Assembly (NCBI RefSeq): GCF_001194135.2
Contig: NC_068986.1
Span: forward strand, 85,614,670 to 85,678,669
Origin: Octopus bimaculoides
Lineage: Eukaryota
Direction of reading: 5' to 3'
Length of the DNA stretch: 64,000 nucleotides
How positions within the stretch are numbered: position 1 is the stretch's first letter; the number at the start of each line of letters is the position of its first letter. This document shows, in pieces, positions 1 through 13,043 of the stretch. The notes under the pieces are model-generated. The model ran no database searches. It worked only from the letters and a program-made list of their open reading frames with translations, and had not been told where the DNA came from. The position numbers and the translations under genes are program-made.

Positions 1-120
<120 letters not shown>

Positions 121-124
121 GACC

Positions 125-300
125 GACGCTGGTGTGTTTATGGCTCCGTAACATAGTGGTTCTGTACAATGACCGATACAATAAGTACTAGGCTTACAAA
201 AAATTGTCCTGGCGTCGATTTCTTCCACTAAGATCCTTTAAAGCGGTGCTCCAGCATAGCCGCAATCAAATAAATGAAACAAGTAAAAGAATGAAAGAAT
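125..300 (+). mobile_element. 3' half of tRNA-derived SINE family B
   Basis: gctggtgtgtttat...aataagtactaggcttac...gcggtgctccagcatagccgc...gaaacaagtaaaagaatgaaagaat matches the reverse complement of copies at 2676-2783 and 45185-45250. Confidence 0.8.
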
Positions 301-403
301 ACGCGTGTATGTGTGTGTTCGCGCGCGCGAATTATCTCGAATAGGCTTTCAAAGGTGCAAGTGCGGGCAAGACATTTAATGGTGGATTAATGGCTTCCCA
401 TAG

Positions 404-528
404 ATGTTAATGTCGTTACTATACGCTGTAGGAGTTGTACAAATGAAGCTAAACACAGATGCACTCTAGAAATATTCTTATCGCAGGAGTTGCCGTCTGA
501 AAACTTTCCAGGTTGTAAAACAGATAAG
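404..528 (+). CDS. Weak candidate internal exon, (D)VNVVTIRCRSCTNEAKHRCTLEIFLSQELPSENFPGCKTDK
   Basis: Acceptor cttcccatAG (402-403), donor aag|GTAAAG (529), open frame 391-702. No recognisable homology; the antisense strand is also open (387-695). Confidence 0.2.
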
Positions 529-1029
529 GTAAAGCATCCCTTCCTATATTCTAGCAATTTCGAAGAACCAACTGGGTATTTACATTTATATATAAAGTCT
601 TTCTTGGCCTTATTTCTCTCAGTTTGCAAAAGGCCAAAAAGGACACAGCAAATAATTAATCTGATGCTTCCCTTTCTTTGTTTGATATTCATCAAAATCT
701 GACGAATATGAAAATATCATATGGCCTGTATATTATATAAAAGCATTGTTAGCTTGCATAGGAAGTGTTGTATTTTAAGTTTTTCGAGTCACTCGGAATT
801 TGGCTCCCTTTACAAACCGTAGACCCACTACCAGTAGTTTCGTGTCTTAGTTAAGAGTTGTATTTTAATGTGCACTGAAAGCGAATTTAATATCTGTAAG
901 CCTTAGTAATAGTTCGTTATGAAGAAAAATGGTTTTCTATTTTCTATTTGACACTTCAAATATTTTCCGTCTGTCTTTCTGTCTGCCTTCCTGCCTGTCT
1001 GTATATATAAACTATGTATGCAAGTTTGT

Positions 1030-1198
1030 ATATATGTTTGTATGTGTGTGTGTGTATATATATATTTATATATATATATATTCCTATGTACGAGTGTATG
1101 TATGCATATGTATCTATATATATATATATATGTGTGTGTGTATGTGTGTGCATGTGTGTGTATGTGCGTGTGTATTTCTTGTAAATGTATAGATATAT

Positions 1199-1240
<42 letters not shown>

Positions 1241-1360
1241 AGAGGCAGAGATACAGACAGACATACAGACAGATAAATACATAGCTGTATATAAACGTGT
1301 GCGTGAGTGTGTGTATGGTTGTATGTATGTGTATATGCATTGGATGTATGTATGTGTATA
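1030..1360. repeat. Compound (TG)n/(TA)n/(GA)n microsatellite
   Basis: Read directly; explains the spurious ORFs at 903-1386. Confidence 0.9.
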
Positions 1361-2546
1361 TTCAAACTGTAATGATAAATAAACAAACTTAAGATACTAA
1401 TTTAGTAAAAAAGCTATTCAACTGAAAGATAAACGAAATTTTATATTGAGTCCCACCCAGCAAGAAATATAAAGATTGAAAACATTAAAGAGGAAATACT
1501 TGTGATTTAGTTTGAGATGCAACGCACACAAGTATAATTGTAGTCTGAGTCGCCCCACACAAAAAAAAAATGAAAAAAATTCATTGATAAAATTAACATG
1601 AGGTTTCTTCGGTATTTTCTTATGCCAGACAGTTCTGCTATATATGTCAAAAACTTTCTGAGTACATCCCAACATTCACTCATTTTTCTTACTTCTTTGC
1701 TCTTCAGTCACTATTTTGTTGGGCTTGCAAGGGATTTAAAATAGTTGCTTGATTCAGTTTGTACCAAAATTGTAGATACTGTTTATGTAAGCAGGCGGTT
1801 GATAGGTTTTCTGCCAAATCAGTGTATTCACTCGCGGTTACAACATTTGCGCATGCAAATTTGACTTGTCAATCTGACATTCCGTAGTTATTTTACTTAT
1901 ACATACCGATAGCATTCTGTAGAATCTCAACGTCATAAACTGGTATCCGACTATTAGCTCGCTTTTTGGTGCTTTCTCGCAATTGTGATGGCAATTCCAA
2001 AGACTATCGGGTAAGTTTTACTGTTGGTGTCGTTACAGTTTCTTTCCAAAGAGACTTGTGTCTTGACATGCTTTTGAAGAAACCTTTGTTATATTTCTTT
2101 CATTTCACAGCTTACATAAAATATGTTTTATCTTTGCCACGAAAATCTTTTTGTTTTACCAAGGTATTTTTCTTCAACCCTCAGTGAGCAATTTGTGAAT
2201 AAGAAGAAAACAGAATTAATACTAGTTCGATGAAGTTGATTTCTTCAAATGCAATGTTTTTCGTGAAACACATTGAGTTCATGTTCTGCAATTAATATCC
2301 GCAAAAAGTTTGGTTGTGTAGAATATCCGTTAGTATCTTAAGTAAAGATATAATTAAAGTGGTGTGAGCTGATTTTCAAAAGTTTTAGCTACTTCATGAT
2401 TAGATGCATCCGACCCAGTAATAAATTTTACTCGGATATTCCAGAAAGGATTGTAATCTAATTTACATAAGAAACAATCTCATAGATTTGAAATCAGGCT
2501 AACATGATGCTAATTTCAGCTCTTGAATCTCTTTTGCAAGCTTCTA

Positions 2547-2604
<58 letters not shown>

Positions 2605-2675
2605 GTATATATATACATATACACAAGCATACACAGTCACACATATACATAAGATGTATATGCGTATTTTTTATC

Positions 2676-2941
2676 TGTTCTTTTAATTCTTTCATTCATT
2701 TGGCTGTGGCCATGCTGTAGTACCACCTTGAGTCTTTTAGTCGAACCAGTCGACCCTAAGACTCATTTTGTTAAAGCCTAGTAAAGCTTCTTTCAGTTTC
2801 CGTGTACCAAATTCACTCACAATGCTTTGCGCGGCCCGAGACTATAGTAGAAAACATTTACACAAGGTGCTACAGCGTGGGACAGAACCCGGAACCACGT
2901 GTTTGGGGAGCAAGCATCTTAACACACAGCCACGCCTGCGC
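2676..2941 (-). mobile_element. SINE family B copy with internal deletion
   Basis: Minus-strand head aggcgcaggcgtggctgtgtg...ggttccgggttctgtccc (A/B-box-like) and same body as 45345-45490; the central (CA)n segment is missing (junction near 2783). Confidence 0.8.
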
Positions 2942-3230
2942 CTACACACATATATATATATATATGTATAAAATGGCGGTGTTTTATTGCACTTAATCTC
3001 TATTTTTTCGCTTGTTCATCAAACTTCCCCATTTATCTTCCTTCTTTCCCTTTTTCTTCACATTATCGACTCGTGTTATTCTTTCTTTCTCTATTCTGAG
3101 ATAAATAGAAGAAACGTGTTATGAAAAATGTGGGCGTTGTGAGAGATATTTAGTTACAACTTTCATGATTTTTGCAATCTACCACTTAACAACAACAACA
3201 ACAACAACAACAATAATACTAATAATAATT

Positions 3231-3413
3231 GTTTCAAATTTTGGCACCAGGGGAGCCATTTTAGGGGCAGAGGATGTGTCTATTGCATCGACCCCAGTGT
3301 TCAACTGGTGCTTAAAAGGCTAAGTCGACTCGGCGGAATTTGAACTCAGAACATAGCGGCAGACGAAATTCCACTAAGCATTTCACCCGGCATGCTAACG
3401 ATTCTGCCAGCTC
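3231..3413 (-). mobile_element. SINE family A (head GGCGAGCTGGCAGAA), partially deleted
   Basis: ggcggaatttgaactcagaac (B-box on minus) and ctaacgattctgccagctc match 63033-63259; embedded in (AAC)/(AAT)/(GAT) repeats. Confidence 0.85.
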
Positions 3414-3461
<48 letters not shown>

Positions 3462-3469
3462 TGATGATT

Positions 3470-3500
<31 letters not shown>

Positions 3501-5785
3501 GGATAATAATGATCATGTGACAGCGAGCTGCTTGGCAGATAGATCAAATCTGAAACCATCACGTAGCAGAAATTAAAAATACGCAAAAAAAATATATGTA
3601 AACTATGTCTAAATGTAAGCCATCTCAGTAAACTGAAGTATTTTGATTATATGGAGTATATATATTATTAAAAAATAGCTTCCCCCAGATGAACCGTTAC
3701 AGCAACATGTGCGTAAAACGCAAATACATTTCTATACGAAAACTGCAAACCTGCGAGTAAAATTTGAAATTTTACATCTTAATTACACAAACATCCATAT
3801 TTATACAAGACCTCTGTATATATTCACGTTGCTATTTCTTCTCGGTTTCTCGCTGATGCATCAATAATAATTACAATTATAATTGCGAATAAAAACATCA
3901 GCACATGACCATCGCCGGTGTTCAGTCAAATAAGTTAACGCTGTAAAAATGGAACCCACAACAAAGTCAACTAAAAAGAGAATGAACGGCGGACAGATAA
4001 TCATAAATACTATGAAAGGGTTAATCTATGATTTACACACACACTACTATGCAACATCCCCCAACGCCATCAATCCGTTTAAGGCTAAGTCAACCTCTGC
4101 ATTATTCAACGTTCGCTTTTGAACTCTTCGGCTATTATTTTACTCCCGATTATAATGATATGTTAACGATGCTTCGATTTCTATTTTGCGATCTCCGCTT
4201 CGTGTATTTACGTTATGTTGACCTAATCTCATTTCTCTGTAGTCAGTTTTGCATTCGCGAGCGCACGTGCATATTCCTATAAACTAATACTCATGCAACT
4301 TACACATATGCACATATAGAAATACACAGCCACGTACACATAATATAAATTCAGTCGTAATTTATGTGGTGTGCTTCAGCGTATTAGATATACATCATGA
4401 GAGAAAATCTTTTTACAGACATTACGTTAACAATAATATATAGCGGAGGGAGATGAACAACTTCGCAGCAGCAACAATTGCATTTACCTGTACATGGAGT
4501 GTGTTGATGTTTCGGTATATTTATCAAAGCAAGAATTTCTTCTGAAAAAGCGATATGCATGTGTACCGCATTAGCAACCTTCAGCAATAGAAACACATCT
4601 GTCGTTCTCGTGAATCACTGTGGCAACGATTTTCACCTACAAAAGAGTTTCTCCCTGCAAAACAATGTTCTGGCGATATTCAATCGGACCATTATTCAGG
4701 CTAGCTATTCTATAACGTCTAGATAAAGAAAATAGATTTCCTATCTAAAAGGTCAAGATCATTAAAAACAGTAGAAACCAAAATGAACATATCTGTAATA
4801 GTGGCAATACTGCAGCATGACTCTGGCTAAACAATGCATTAATACACCGTGAACCAGATCAGCACTGCAGGAATGTAGTAACAAAATGTTTCAGCTCGCG
4901 TGAACAGATAACCTAATGGTAACCACAATATACGTACATATGATCTCACCCAAACAGTCAAAAGGACACACTGTATCGCTAGGTAGTGCTGAGTCTAACG
5001 ATATTACATAGTTTACCTTGGACAAAGTCACCACGTAAATAGTACTACAAAATGCAGTGAATTATATTTGACTGAAGAATATTATGTCATAAACGAGTCG
5101 ACAGTACTAATGAACGAAATATCAGAGAATAATAATCACTTATCGACATAAAAAGAACATTTCAAGATCCCTTTTCGAGCGAGCAGTCACATTTATAGAC
5201 ACATACCCCAACAACAATTACATTAACACAAAGAAGATACCCAACCGCGAACCAAAGTAAACAGCGAGTAGGCACATATATACCTAGTAGAGGGCACATA
5301 CACACATTTGATGCAGAGTTACCTCTTCTGCAGAAGAGGTAACTCTGCATCAATTGTGTGTATGTGCCCACTATTAGGTGTATATGAAACTTCCATGTTT
5401 CTCCCTCACTTCCGATTGTTTCTATTATAGCTTGATGTCCGCCAATAAATGTATTTTTCAATTATTCTAAGTTTTTGTTTTTAAATCTATTCTACAATTC
5501 CTTCCTTCCAAAGACAGGTTTAATCTGTTTCTAATTTGTGATATCCATACCAAGTTTATTCCCCCCTGTTATTTATCTGCTGTCAGTTTTGCATTCACAT
5601 TTGCAGGTACACCTATATATATGAACACATTCACTTGCATTTAGATATATGCCTCTCACATATGTACAGATACATATAGATACCTACACGATATAAATCC
5701 AGACACAATCTATTTGGTCCGCGCGAGTATAGTCTACGTAATATCCAAAAAGAATCTAGGTAAATTTGCGAATAAATTTACAAAC

Positions 5786-5915
5786 TATTAGGATGAGGAA
5801 AAAGTTCGTGCGCCGTGTTAAAATAATGCTTCATTTCAAGTATAATTTTGTGGTGTGTGTTTTCTTTCAGTTCATTATTTTAACACGGCGCACGAACTTT
5901 TTCCTCAAATTAGTA
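5786..5915. mobile_element. Tc1/mariner-like MITE or palindrome
   Basis: 35-bp perfect inverted repeat tgaggaaaaagttcgtgcgccgtgttaaaataatg at 5794-5828 and 5873-5907, 44-bp spacer, tatta/tagta outer ends. Confidence 0.75.
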
Positions 5916-8218
5916 TTTGATTAGACTATTAGTTATAAGAAGAGAAGACCACGATGTTTCGGGCAATGGTCTTTCGTCTAGAAACTAAAAAGAAGGGGGA
6001 AAAAGTTATAAAAGAAACATAGAAGTTAAAGGTAAAGCAGTATTATTTATAGGGAAAGAACATGGTGAATTATGAAATGGAAAAGTATTGAATGGAAGCT
6101 CATACAATTATAGAACGCTGTTTACAGCTGAAAACGTAAGAATAGTTAAGATAAGGTTGAGGATAATGTTAAATAGATGTATGTACGTATGTGTTGGCAA
6201 GGAGCACGTCAGAGATTATATTGTGTTAATGTGCGCTGTTATGTTTTTGGAAAGAGGAACATACGCACACCCATAGACAAACATGAACACAACAGCAACA
6301 TTGTCAACTACAATAGCGTAAATAACAAAAACTAAAAAAAAAAGTAGCACCAAATGTTAAACGAAATCATATAAATCGCCATAACAACTGCCATTATCAA
6401 AAAACAACAGCAACAACAGAAATGATTACGATGAAGATATTAACGATGGTGACGTCAGAGGAAATACGAAACTAGCCTTCCTACTAATCCAGCCACCCAC
6501 TCGCTTCACAGTATATATTCTATATACTAATTTCCAAGATTTAGGCAAGATACATCACACCACCATACACTGATATACACGTCCCGTCATTTGCATGTAT
6601 ACGTGCATATCTCTGCTTGTGTGATATTTATGTATTTGTACATGTGCATGACCGTATACACACACATACACACGCGCGCACACAAACACACACACACACA
6701 CACACAAACGCATGCACACAAGCACAATATATATATATATATTTCCAAGGTTTTAAATTTGTATATTTAAAAGAGATAGAGACTTCGAACTCCACAGATC
6801 CATATTCCATTTATTCAATTATTTACCATCCGATGTCAACATTTCTGTGCCCAAACCTATCCAGCGACTGATCCGTTGGATGTCTGACGTTTGGCACTTC
6901 CTCAGGAATGGTTTCCATCAGAACAAATTACGAAAAAACACAAATAACGATCATAACAAATTAATAAAAATTATTAAAAGATATCTAGTAGGAAAACAAC
7001 ATGGCGGAGATGAAGCTAAGGAACTTTTAATAATTTTTATTCTACTCTTATATTCTACTCCCTCCCCTTCTTCTCCCTCTGCTACCCTTTCTCCCTACCC
7101 CTCGCTGGTCACATGTGTCCGGTTGCTATTTCTTTTCGGTCTTTGACTCCCTAAGCTTCGCACACACTTCTTCGCCTCTCCAGTTCGTGCTTCACAGCGT
7201 TCAATACACACTACACTTCTCTACGTCTGGTTGTACAGCCTTTTTGTTTGTTTATTTCACCGTTTCGTTTTCCTGTTTTGTTTTCCGTCCGCCACTATCC
7301 TCCGCGAAAACAATTTAATTTGTGTTCGTGGGAAGAGCTAATTTAACGATGCATCCTGCCCTAACTCTTCGAAACACCGGTGTTTTAATGGTGGCAGCTG
7401 ATGAAGGATATGTTCTCTATGTGGCCTGCTTGTTTGTAGTACTTTGTTTATCATTTTGTCCATGTTCTTTTGCAACGTCATATACCCAGATATATATCTA
7501 TATGTACATGTAGATGAAGGTATGTACATACATGTACATATATATGCATATACTCATATATTGTTTATATATATATATATATATATATATNNNNNNNNNN
7601 NNNNNNNNNNNNNNNNNNNNNNNNNNNNNNNNNNNNNNNNNNNNNNNNNNNNNNNNNNNNNNNNNNNNNNNNNNNNNNNNNNNNNNNNNNNNNNNNNNNN
7701 NNNNNNNNNNNNNNNNNNNNNNNNNNNNNNNNNNNNNNNNNNNNNNNNNNNNNNNNNNNNNNNNNNNNNNNNNNNNNNNNNNNNNNNNNNNNNNNNNNNN
7801 NNNNNNNNNNNNNNNNNNNNNNNNNNNNNNNNNNNNNNNNNNNNNNNNNNNNNNNNNNNNNNNNNNNNNNNNNNNNNNNNNNNNNNNNNNNNNNNNNNNN
7901 NNNNNNNNNNNNNNNNNNNNNNNNNNNNNNNNNNNNNNNNNNNNNNNNNNNNNNNNNNNNNNNNNNNNNNNNNNNNNNNNNNNNNNNNNNNNNNNNNNNN
8001 NNNNNNNNNNNNNNNNNNNNNNNNNNNNNNNNNNNNNNNNNNNNNNNNNNNNNNNNNNNNNNNNNNNNNNNNNNNNNNNNNNNNNNNNNNNNNNNNNNNN
8101 NNNNNNNNNNNNNNNNNNNNNNNNNNNNNNNNNNNNNNNNNNNNNNNNNNNNNNNNNNNNNNNNNNNNNNNNNNNNNNNNNNNNNNNNNNNNNNNNNNNN
8201 NNNNNNNNNNNNNNNNNN

Positions 8219-8256
<38 letters not shown>

Positions 8257-8433
8257 TATAAATATGTGTGTACGTGTGTGTCATTGTGTGTATGTGTGTG
8301 TGATTATTCCGTATATATGAAATATTTATCACCCACTTTAGTTAGAAGTTGTGATAGAACACAAAGTAATGCATTATTTACAATGTGAGATAGTTGTTGC
8401 TTTTGATATTAATACTGCTTCAATCGCTATGAA

Positions 8434-8643
8434 TTATTTTTTGATAAGTCCATATGTTATTTGCGTCACCATTGCCGGAATAGACACTGATGTTCTATTT
8501 ATCTTTGACGTAGGAAACGGATGCCGTGAGTGCGCTGGATTTCTGTCATTCATAAACCCGAAATAGGGCGAAATGACATGATGTGGCTGTTGCTGCGGCT
8601 GTTGCTGCGGTTGTTGCAGCGGACGTGACAGAAGGTTATCGCC
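8434..8643 (-). CDS. Weak candidate terminal exon, Gln/Pro-rich (GDNLLSRPLQQPQQQPQQQPHHVISPYFG...IKK*)
   Basis: Open frame in non-microsatellite sequence, possible AT-rich acceptor (attaaAG). No homology recognised. Confidence 0.22.
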   Translation of the reverse strand, partial: GDNLLSRPLQQPQQQPQQQPHHVISPYFGFMNDRNPAHSRHPFPTSKINRTSVSIPAMVTQITYGLIKK

Positions 8644-9073
8644 CTTTAATAATATAAACACGAGTGCTTGTAAGCACCACGTTTCCTCATGAGACGTCCT
8701 TTCATAGTAAATAATATGGTATTCTGTTTTAACACAACTTATATGTAAAGTGGGAGATAAATACTACCTTCTCGTATTGATACTGCTTCTGGTGCTATCG
8801 TGCTTATAAACTCACAAACACACACACACACATACACACGCACACACAAACACACACACACGCATACATACACACACAGACACTCATATATATACACACG
8901 CATGCACATACATGTATATACAAACAGATATACATATATAAGTATGTATATGTATGTGTGTACATATATACATGTACATGTATGTTTATATATATGTATG
9001 TATATATATACATATGTATATACATGTATGTATATGTATATATATATATGTATACATATACATATATATATAT

Positions 9074-9117
<44 letters not shown>

Positions 9118-9601
9118 NNNNNNNNNNNNNNNNNNNNNNNNNNNNNNNNNNNNNNNNNNNNNNNNNNNNNNNNNNNNNNNNNNNNNNNNNNNNNNNNNNN
9201 NNNNNNNNNNNNNNNNNNNNNNNNNNNNNNNNNNNNNNNNNNNNNNNNNNNNNNNNNNNNNNNNNNNNNNNNNNNNNNNNNNNNNNNNNNNNNNNNNNNN
9301 NNNNNNNNNNNNNNNNNNNNNNNNNNNNNNNNNNNNNNNNNNNNNNNNNNNNNNNNNNNNNNNNNNNNNNNNNNNNNNNNNNNNNNNNNNNNNNNNNNNN
9401 NNNNNNNNNNNNNNNNNNNNNNNNNNNNNNNNNNNNNNNNNNNNNNNNNNNNNNNNNNNNNNNNNNNNNNNNNNNNNNNNNNNNNNNNNNNNNNNNNNNN
9501 NNNNNNNNNNNNNNNNNNNNNNNNNNNNNNNNNNNNNNNNNNNNNNNNNNNNNNNNNNNNNNNNNNNNNNNNNNNNNNNNNNNNNNNNNNNNNNNNNNNN
9601 N

Positions 9602-9643
<42 letters not shown>

Positions 9644-10106
9644 TGACATATAGCTCATTATCGTCCGGCGGAGCTGTTCAACACTCAACGCTTCAGTCTG
9701 GCATTGCTTACGTCTATTTATCATATTCCTTCCTCCGAAGGTGACGGCTAAGTTATGCTATTTTTCATGTTTAATCAACGCTGATTGCATACCAAATCTG
9801 CCAAGAACACTTAAGGCCATGCAAACAACGTGACTACATACCCGCAAGCACTCGCGCACACAAACACATGCAAGCGTACACACGCACGCGCACAGACACA
9901 TACACACGGATACATCCGCACGCGGTTATGCACAAGACACACTTCTTCACTGTATATATAACTAAATATGTGCGTGTATGTGTGTGTATACGTGTGTGTG
10001 TATACGTGTGTGTATACGTGCGTGTGCATAGTTGCATATATATACACTGTATGTGTGTGTATATATACATATATCTACACACGCATAAACACACAAACAC
10101 ACATAT

Positions 10107-10157
<51 letters not shown>

Positions 10158-10344
10158 TATATATATGCATGCATCTATGTGTGTGTATGCATGTATGTAT
10201 GTATGTATGTATATATGTATGTATGTGTGTATGTGTGTATGTATGTATGTATGTATGTATGTATTTTTGTATGTATGTATGTATGTATATGATCATCACA
10301 GTATAAAATTAACGGTGGAACCCCAAGCAATCCAATGAGACTGC

Positions 10345-10685
10345 ACAAAGGAAATAACCTCACCTACTGGGAAAGGCTGAAAGATTTAAGGCTTTCTCTC
10401 TAAGACCAATGCAGGAAAGATATGAAGTGATATGCATCTCGAAAACCCTGGAAGACCTTGCACCAACCTTTGGCATTATAAGTTACACAAATATCAGAAC
10501 GGGGCGCCACTGCATAGTGCCAAAAATCCCACAATCGCCATCAAAGTACAGGCCAGTTACTGCAACGGCTTGGGTTTCTAGGGCCCACTGCTCTTCAATA
10601 TCCATCCAAAATGCCTGAGAGACCCTCATGGTGTAGATGTAGGTGTTTTCACAATGAAACGGGATCTCTTCTTGTCTTTGATACA
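10345..10685 (+). pseudogene. CR1-like LINE reverse transcriptase C-terminal fragment
   Basis: Translates with frameshifts to LTYWERLKDL...QERYEVICI...TNIRTGRHCIVPKIP...GPLLFNI...VDVGVF; homologous to 31800-31967 and 51800-52030. Confidence 0.75.
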
Positions 10686-11250
10686 GTGACAGTCCCATGA
10701 AAGTAAAGAATGCTACTGCTATTTGGCCCCAGCAAACACAGTCTCCAGTTGGCCATGACACATTTTCTATGTCCTTATATTGTGAAAGGGGAGATAAGCG
10801 CCGCCACTCAACAAAACCAGCACCCAGGGTCTAATTTCAGAGTCATTGCTCATCATCAGTCAGCTAGCTGTCGATGCCTATTCGCCTTTGAAACATATAT
10901 ATTTCAAGTGAAATACATTCACTGGTTTCCAATATAGAAATATCACATTTCTAAATCTCTCAGAGAGATTTATACAGCTGGCAAGCCATGCTACTCCAGA
11001 CTGATGATGAGCAATGATTCTGAAACTAGTCTCTGGATGGTGGCTTTGCTGGGTGGAGGCGCTTATCTCCCCTTTCACAACATAAGAACACAAAAATGTG
11101 TCATGGCCAACTGGAAACTTTGTTACCTGAGGCTAAATAGCACTTGCATTCTTCACTTTCATGGGACTGTCACATTAAGTTGACAACATACCATCACTAT
11201 ATCGTGCTGCTACAGTATAATGCTCTCTGAGAGATTTAGAAATGTAATAT
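10686..11250. mobile_element. Hammerhead-bearing foldback element (Penelope-like, non-autonomous)
   Basis: Imperfect inverted arms at about 10686-10862 and 10998-11173; second 28-bp inverted repeat 10940-10967 / 11223-11250 (27/28 match); ends in (TA)n. Confidence 0.75.
10995..11037 (+). ncRNA. Minimal type I hammerhead ribozyme motif
   Basis: tccaga-CTGATGA-tgagcaatgattct-GAAAC-ta-GTC-tctgga. 6-bp stem I, palindromic ACTAGT stem III, GUC site (cut 11031/11032); weak stem II with U.U at 10.1/11.1. Confidence 0.7.
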
Positions 11251-11460
11251 ATATATATATATATATATANNNNNNNNNNNNNNNNNNNNNNNNNNNNNNN
11301 NNNNNNNNNNNNNNNNNNNNNNNNNNNNNNNNNNNNNNNNNNNNNNNNNNNNNNNNNNNNNNNNNNNNNNNNNNNNNNNNNNNNNNNNNNNNNNNNNGAG
11401 GGAGGAGAACACAGTTCACGGGATTCACAATTTTTTTTTATTTACTTTTTAATAGAAATG

Positions 11461-11780
11461 GTAACATTTGTATCCGCATCCAGTTCTATTTAGCAATTCA
11501 GTTAAAAGTGTGAGTGCCAGGCAGAACAGGAGTGGGGAGAGCGTGTCTCCCTGGAATATTCCTCTTCTAATGGGGATGGCTTTCGTTTTCACCAGTCCCT
11601 CTTTTGTTTCGAGCTGTAGCACTGTCTGCCATTTATTCATAGAGTGCCTTATGTATTTTATAATAATTAGTGCCACCTTGTTTATGGCTAGTGTTTCCAG
11701 AATCCACGTGTGGAGAACACTGTCGAAATCCTTTTGATAGTCTACCCAAGCCATACTGAGGCCTTTCTTCTTACTCCTTC
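11461..11780 (-). pseudogene. R4/Dong-clade non-LTR retrotransposon RT fragment
   Basis: KKGLSMAWVDYQKDFDSVLHTWI...IRRGIFQGDTLSPLLFCLAL: typical RT motifs of RLE-type LINEs. Confidence 0.8.
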
Positions 11781-12175
11781 TATTGTAAGATATAAGCCAG
11801 AATAAAATACAGACAAGAAATAAAAATTACAGATACACCTCCCTTATACTGTAAAATAAAAGAGTGAACAATTATATCCACTAGTGATGTCTCCCCCATA
11901 GAAATATGTTTATTTTTCAACCCTTAGCATGATGAGCAATGCGAAACCGGTTATTACTTTAATTATGCTGAAAGAGAAAAATCTTATTTTGTACGAAATT
12001 GTATATCTTTATTATCATGACTCTANNNNNNNNNNNNNNNNNNNNNNNNNNNNNNNNNNNNNNNNNNNNNNNNNNNNNNNNNNNNNNNNNNNNNNNNNNN
12101 NNNNNNNNNNNNNNNNNNNNNNNNNATATATATATATATATATACATATATGGATATATATACATACTTATATGA

Positions 12176-12211
<36 letters not shown>

Positions 12212-12882
12212 TGTATATGTCGATGATGAATATGTATGCATGTATATGCAGATGAAAGTTTGACAGAAAGCAGGGCAAAAATGGGGGTGAAAAGGGGGGA
12301 AGAAAGAGAAGAGAGCGGCTGGCGCACATTGATCATATTTGGAACGGTGTAGACGTATTGCAGGCTTAGAAATAGCAATGACGATGATGGGGATGATGAT
12401 GACGATGATTATGACGATGATGATGATGATGATGGTAATGGTTGCGATGTCTATGATACTGAAATCGGCAACGTTTATCGTAGTGATATTTATGATGGTG
12501 GAGGCTGTGATGGTGATATCGGAGACGATGGTGGTGGTGGCGGTGGAAAAAGTAATGACCTTACTGCTTTTCGTAAGTATTGACAGGTGCGAGTTAATAA
12601 GCAAACTGAACAACCAATTCATTATTGTGAGATGAAGTATTTAAAACACAATTTGCTTTCTTAAACGTTAAAAACACAAAACAAATACATTCTAGTTTAC
12701 CATTGGTAACATTTCATATGTGTAAGTGTGAGTGCGCGCGCGCGTGTTTGTGTCTGTGTGTGTGTGTGTGTGTGTGTAAAAGAGAGAGAGAGAGAAAGCG
12801 TGTGTATTTGCACGCGCGTGTTTGTATGCATGTGTGAGTGTGTGTCTCTATATATACATACACATTTGCATATAAATGTGCG

Positions 12883-12918
<36 letters not shown>

Positions 12919-12994
12919 TATATATACACACACACACACACAAATGTATATATAATATATATACAGACATATATATATTACATAATATATATTT

Positions 12995-13043
<49 letters not shown>

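Noticed and set aside
1923-2010. Perfect donor cgg|GTAAGT with an upstream AG
   Set aside because: All three frames from the tgtAG acceptor contain stops; could only be a non-coding or micro exon.
4380-5461. Unique, hydrophobic-reading region suggesting a GPCR pseudogene
   Set aside because: No frame gives recognisable TM motifs and stops are frequent.
5953-5981. Hammerhead-like relic on minus (uagacga-aagacc-auu-gccc-gaaac-auc)
   Set aside because: The core is mutated and stems I and II do not pair; at most a decayed Penelope-type terminus.
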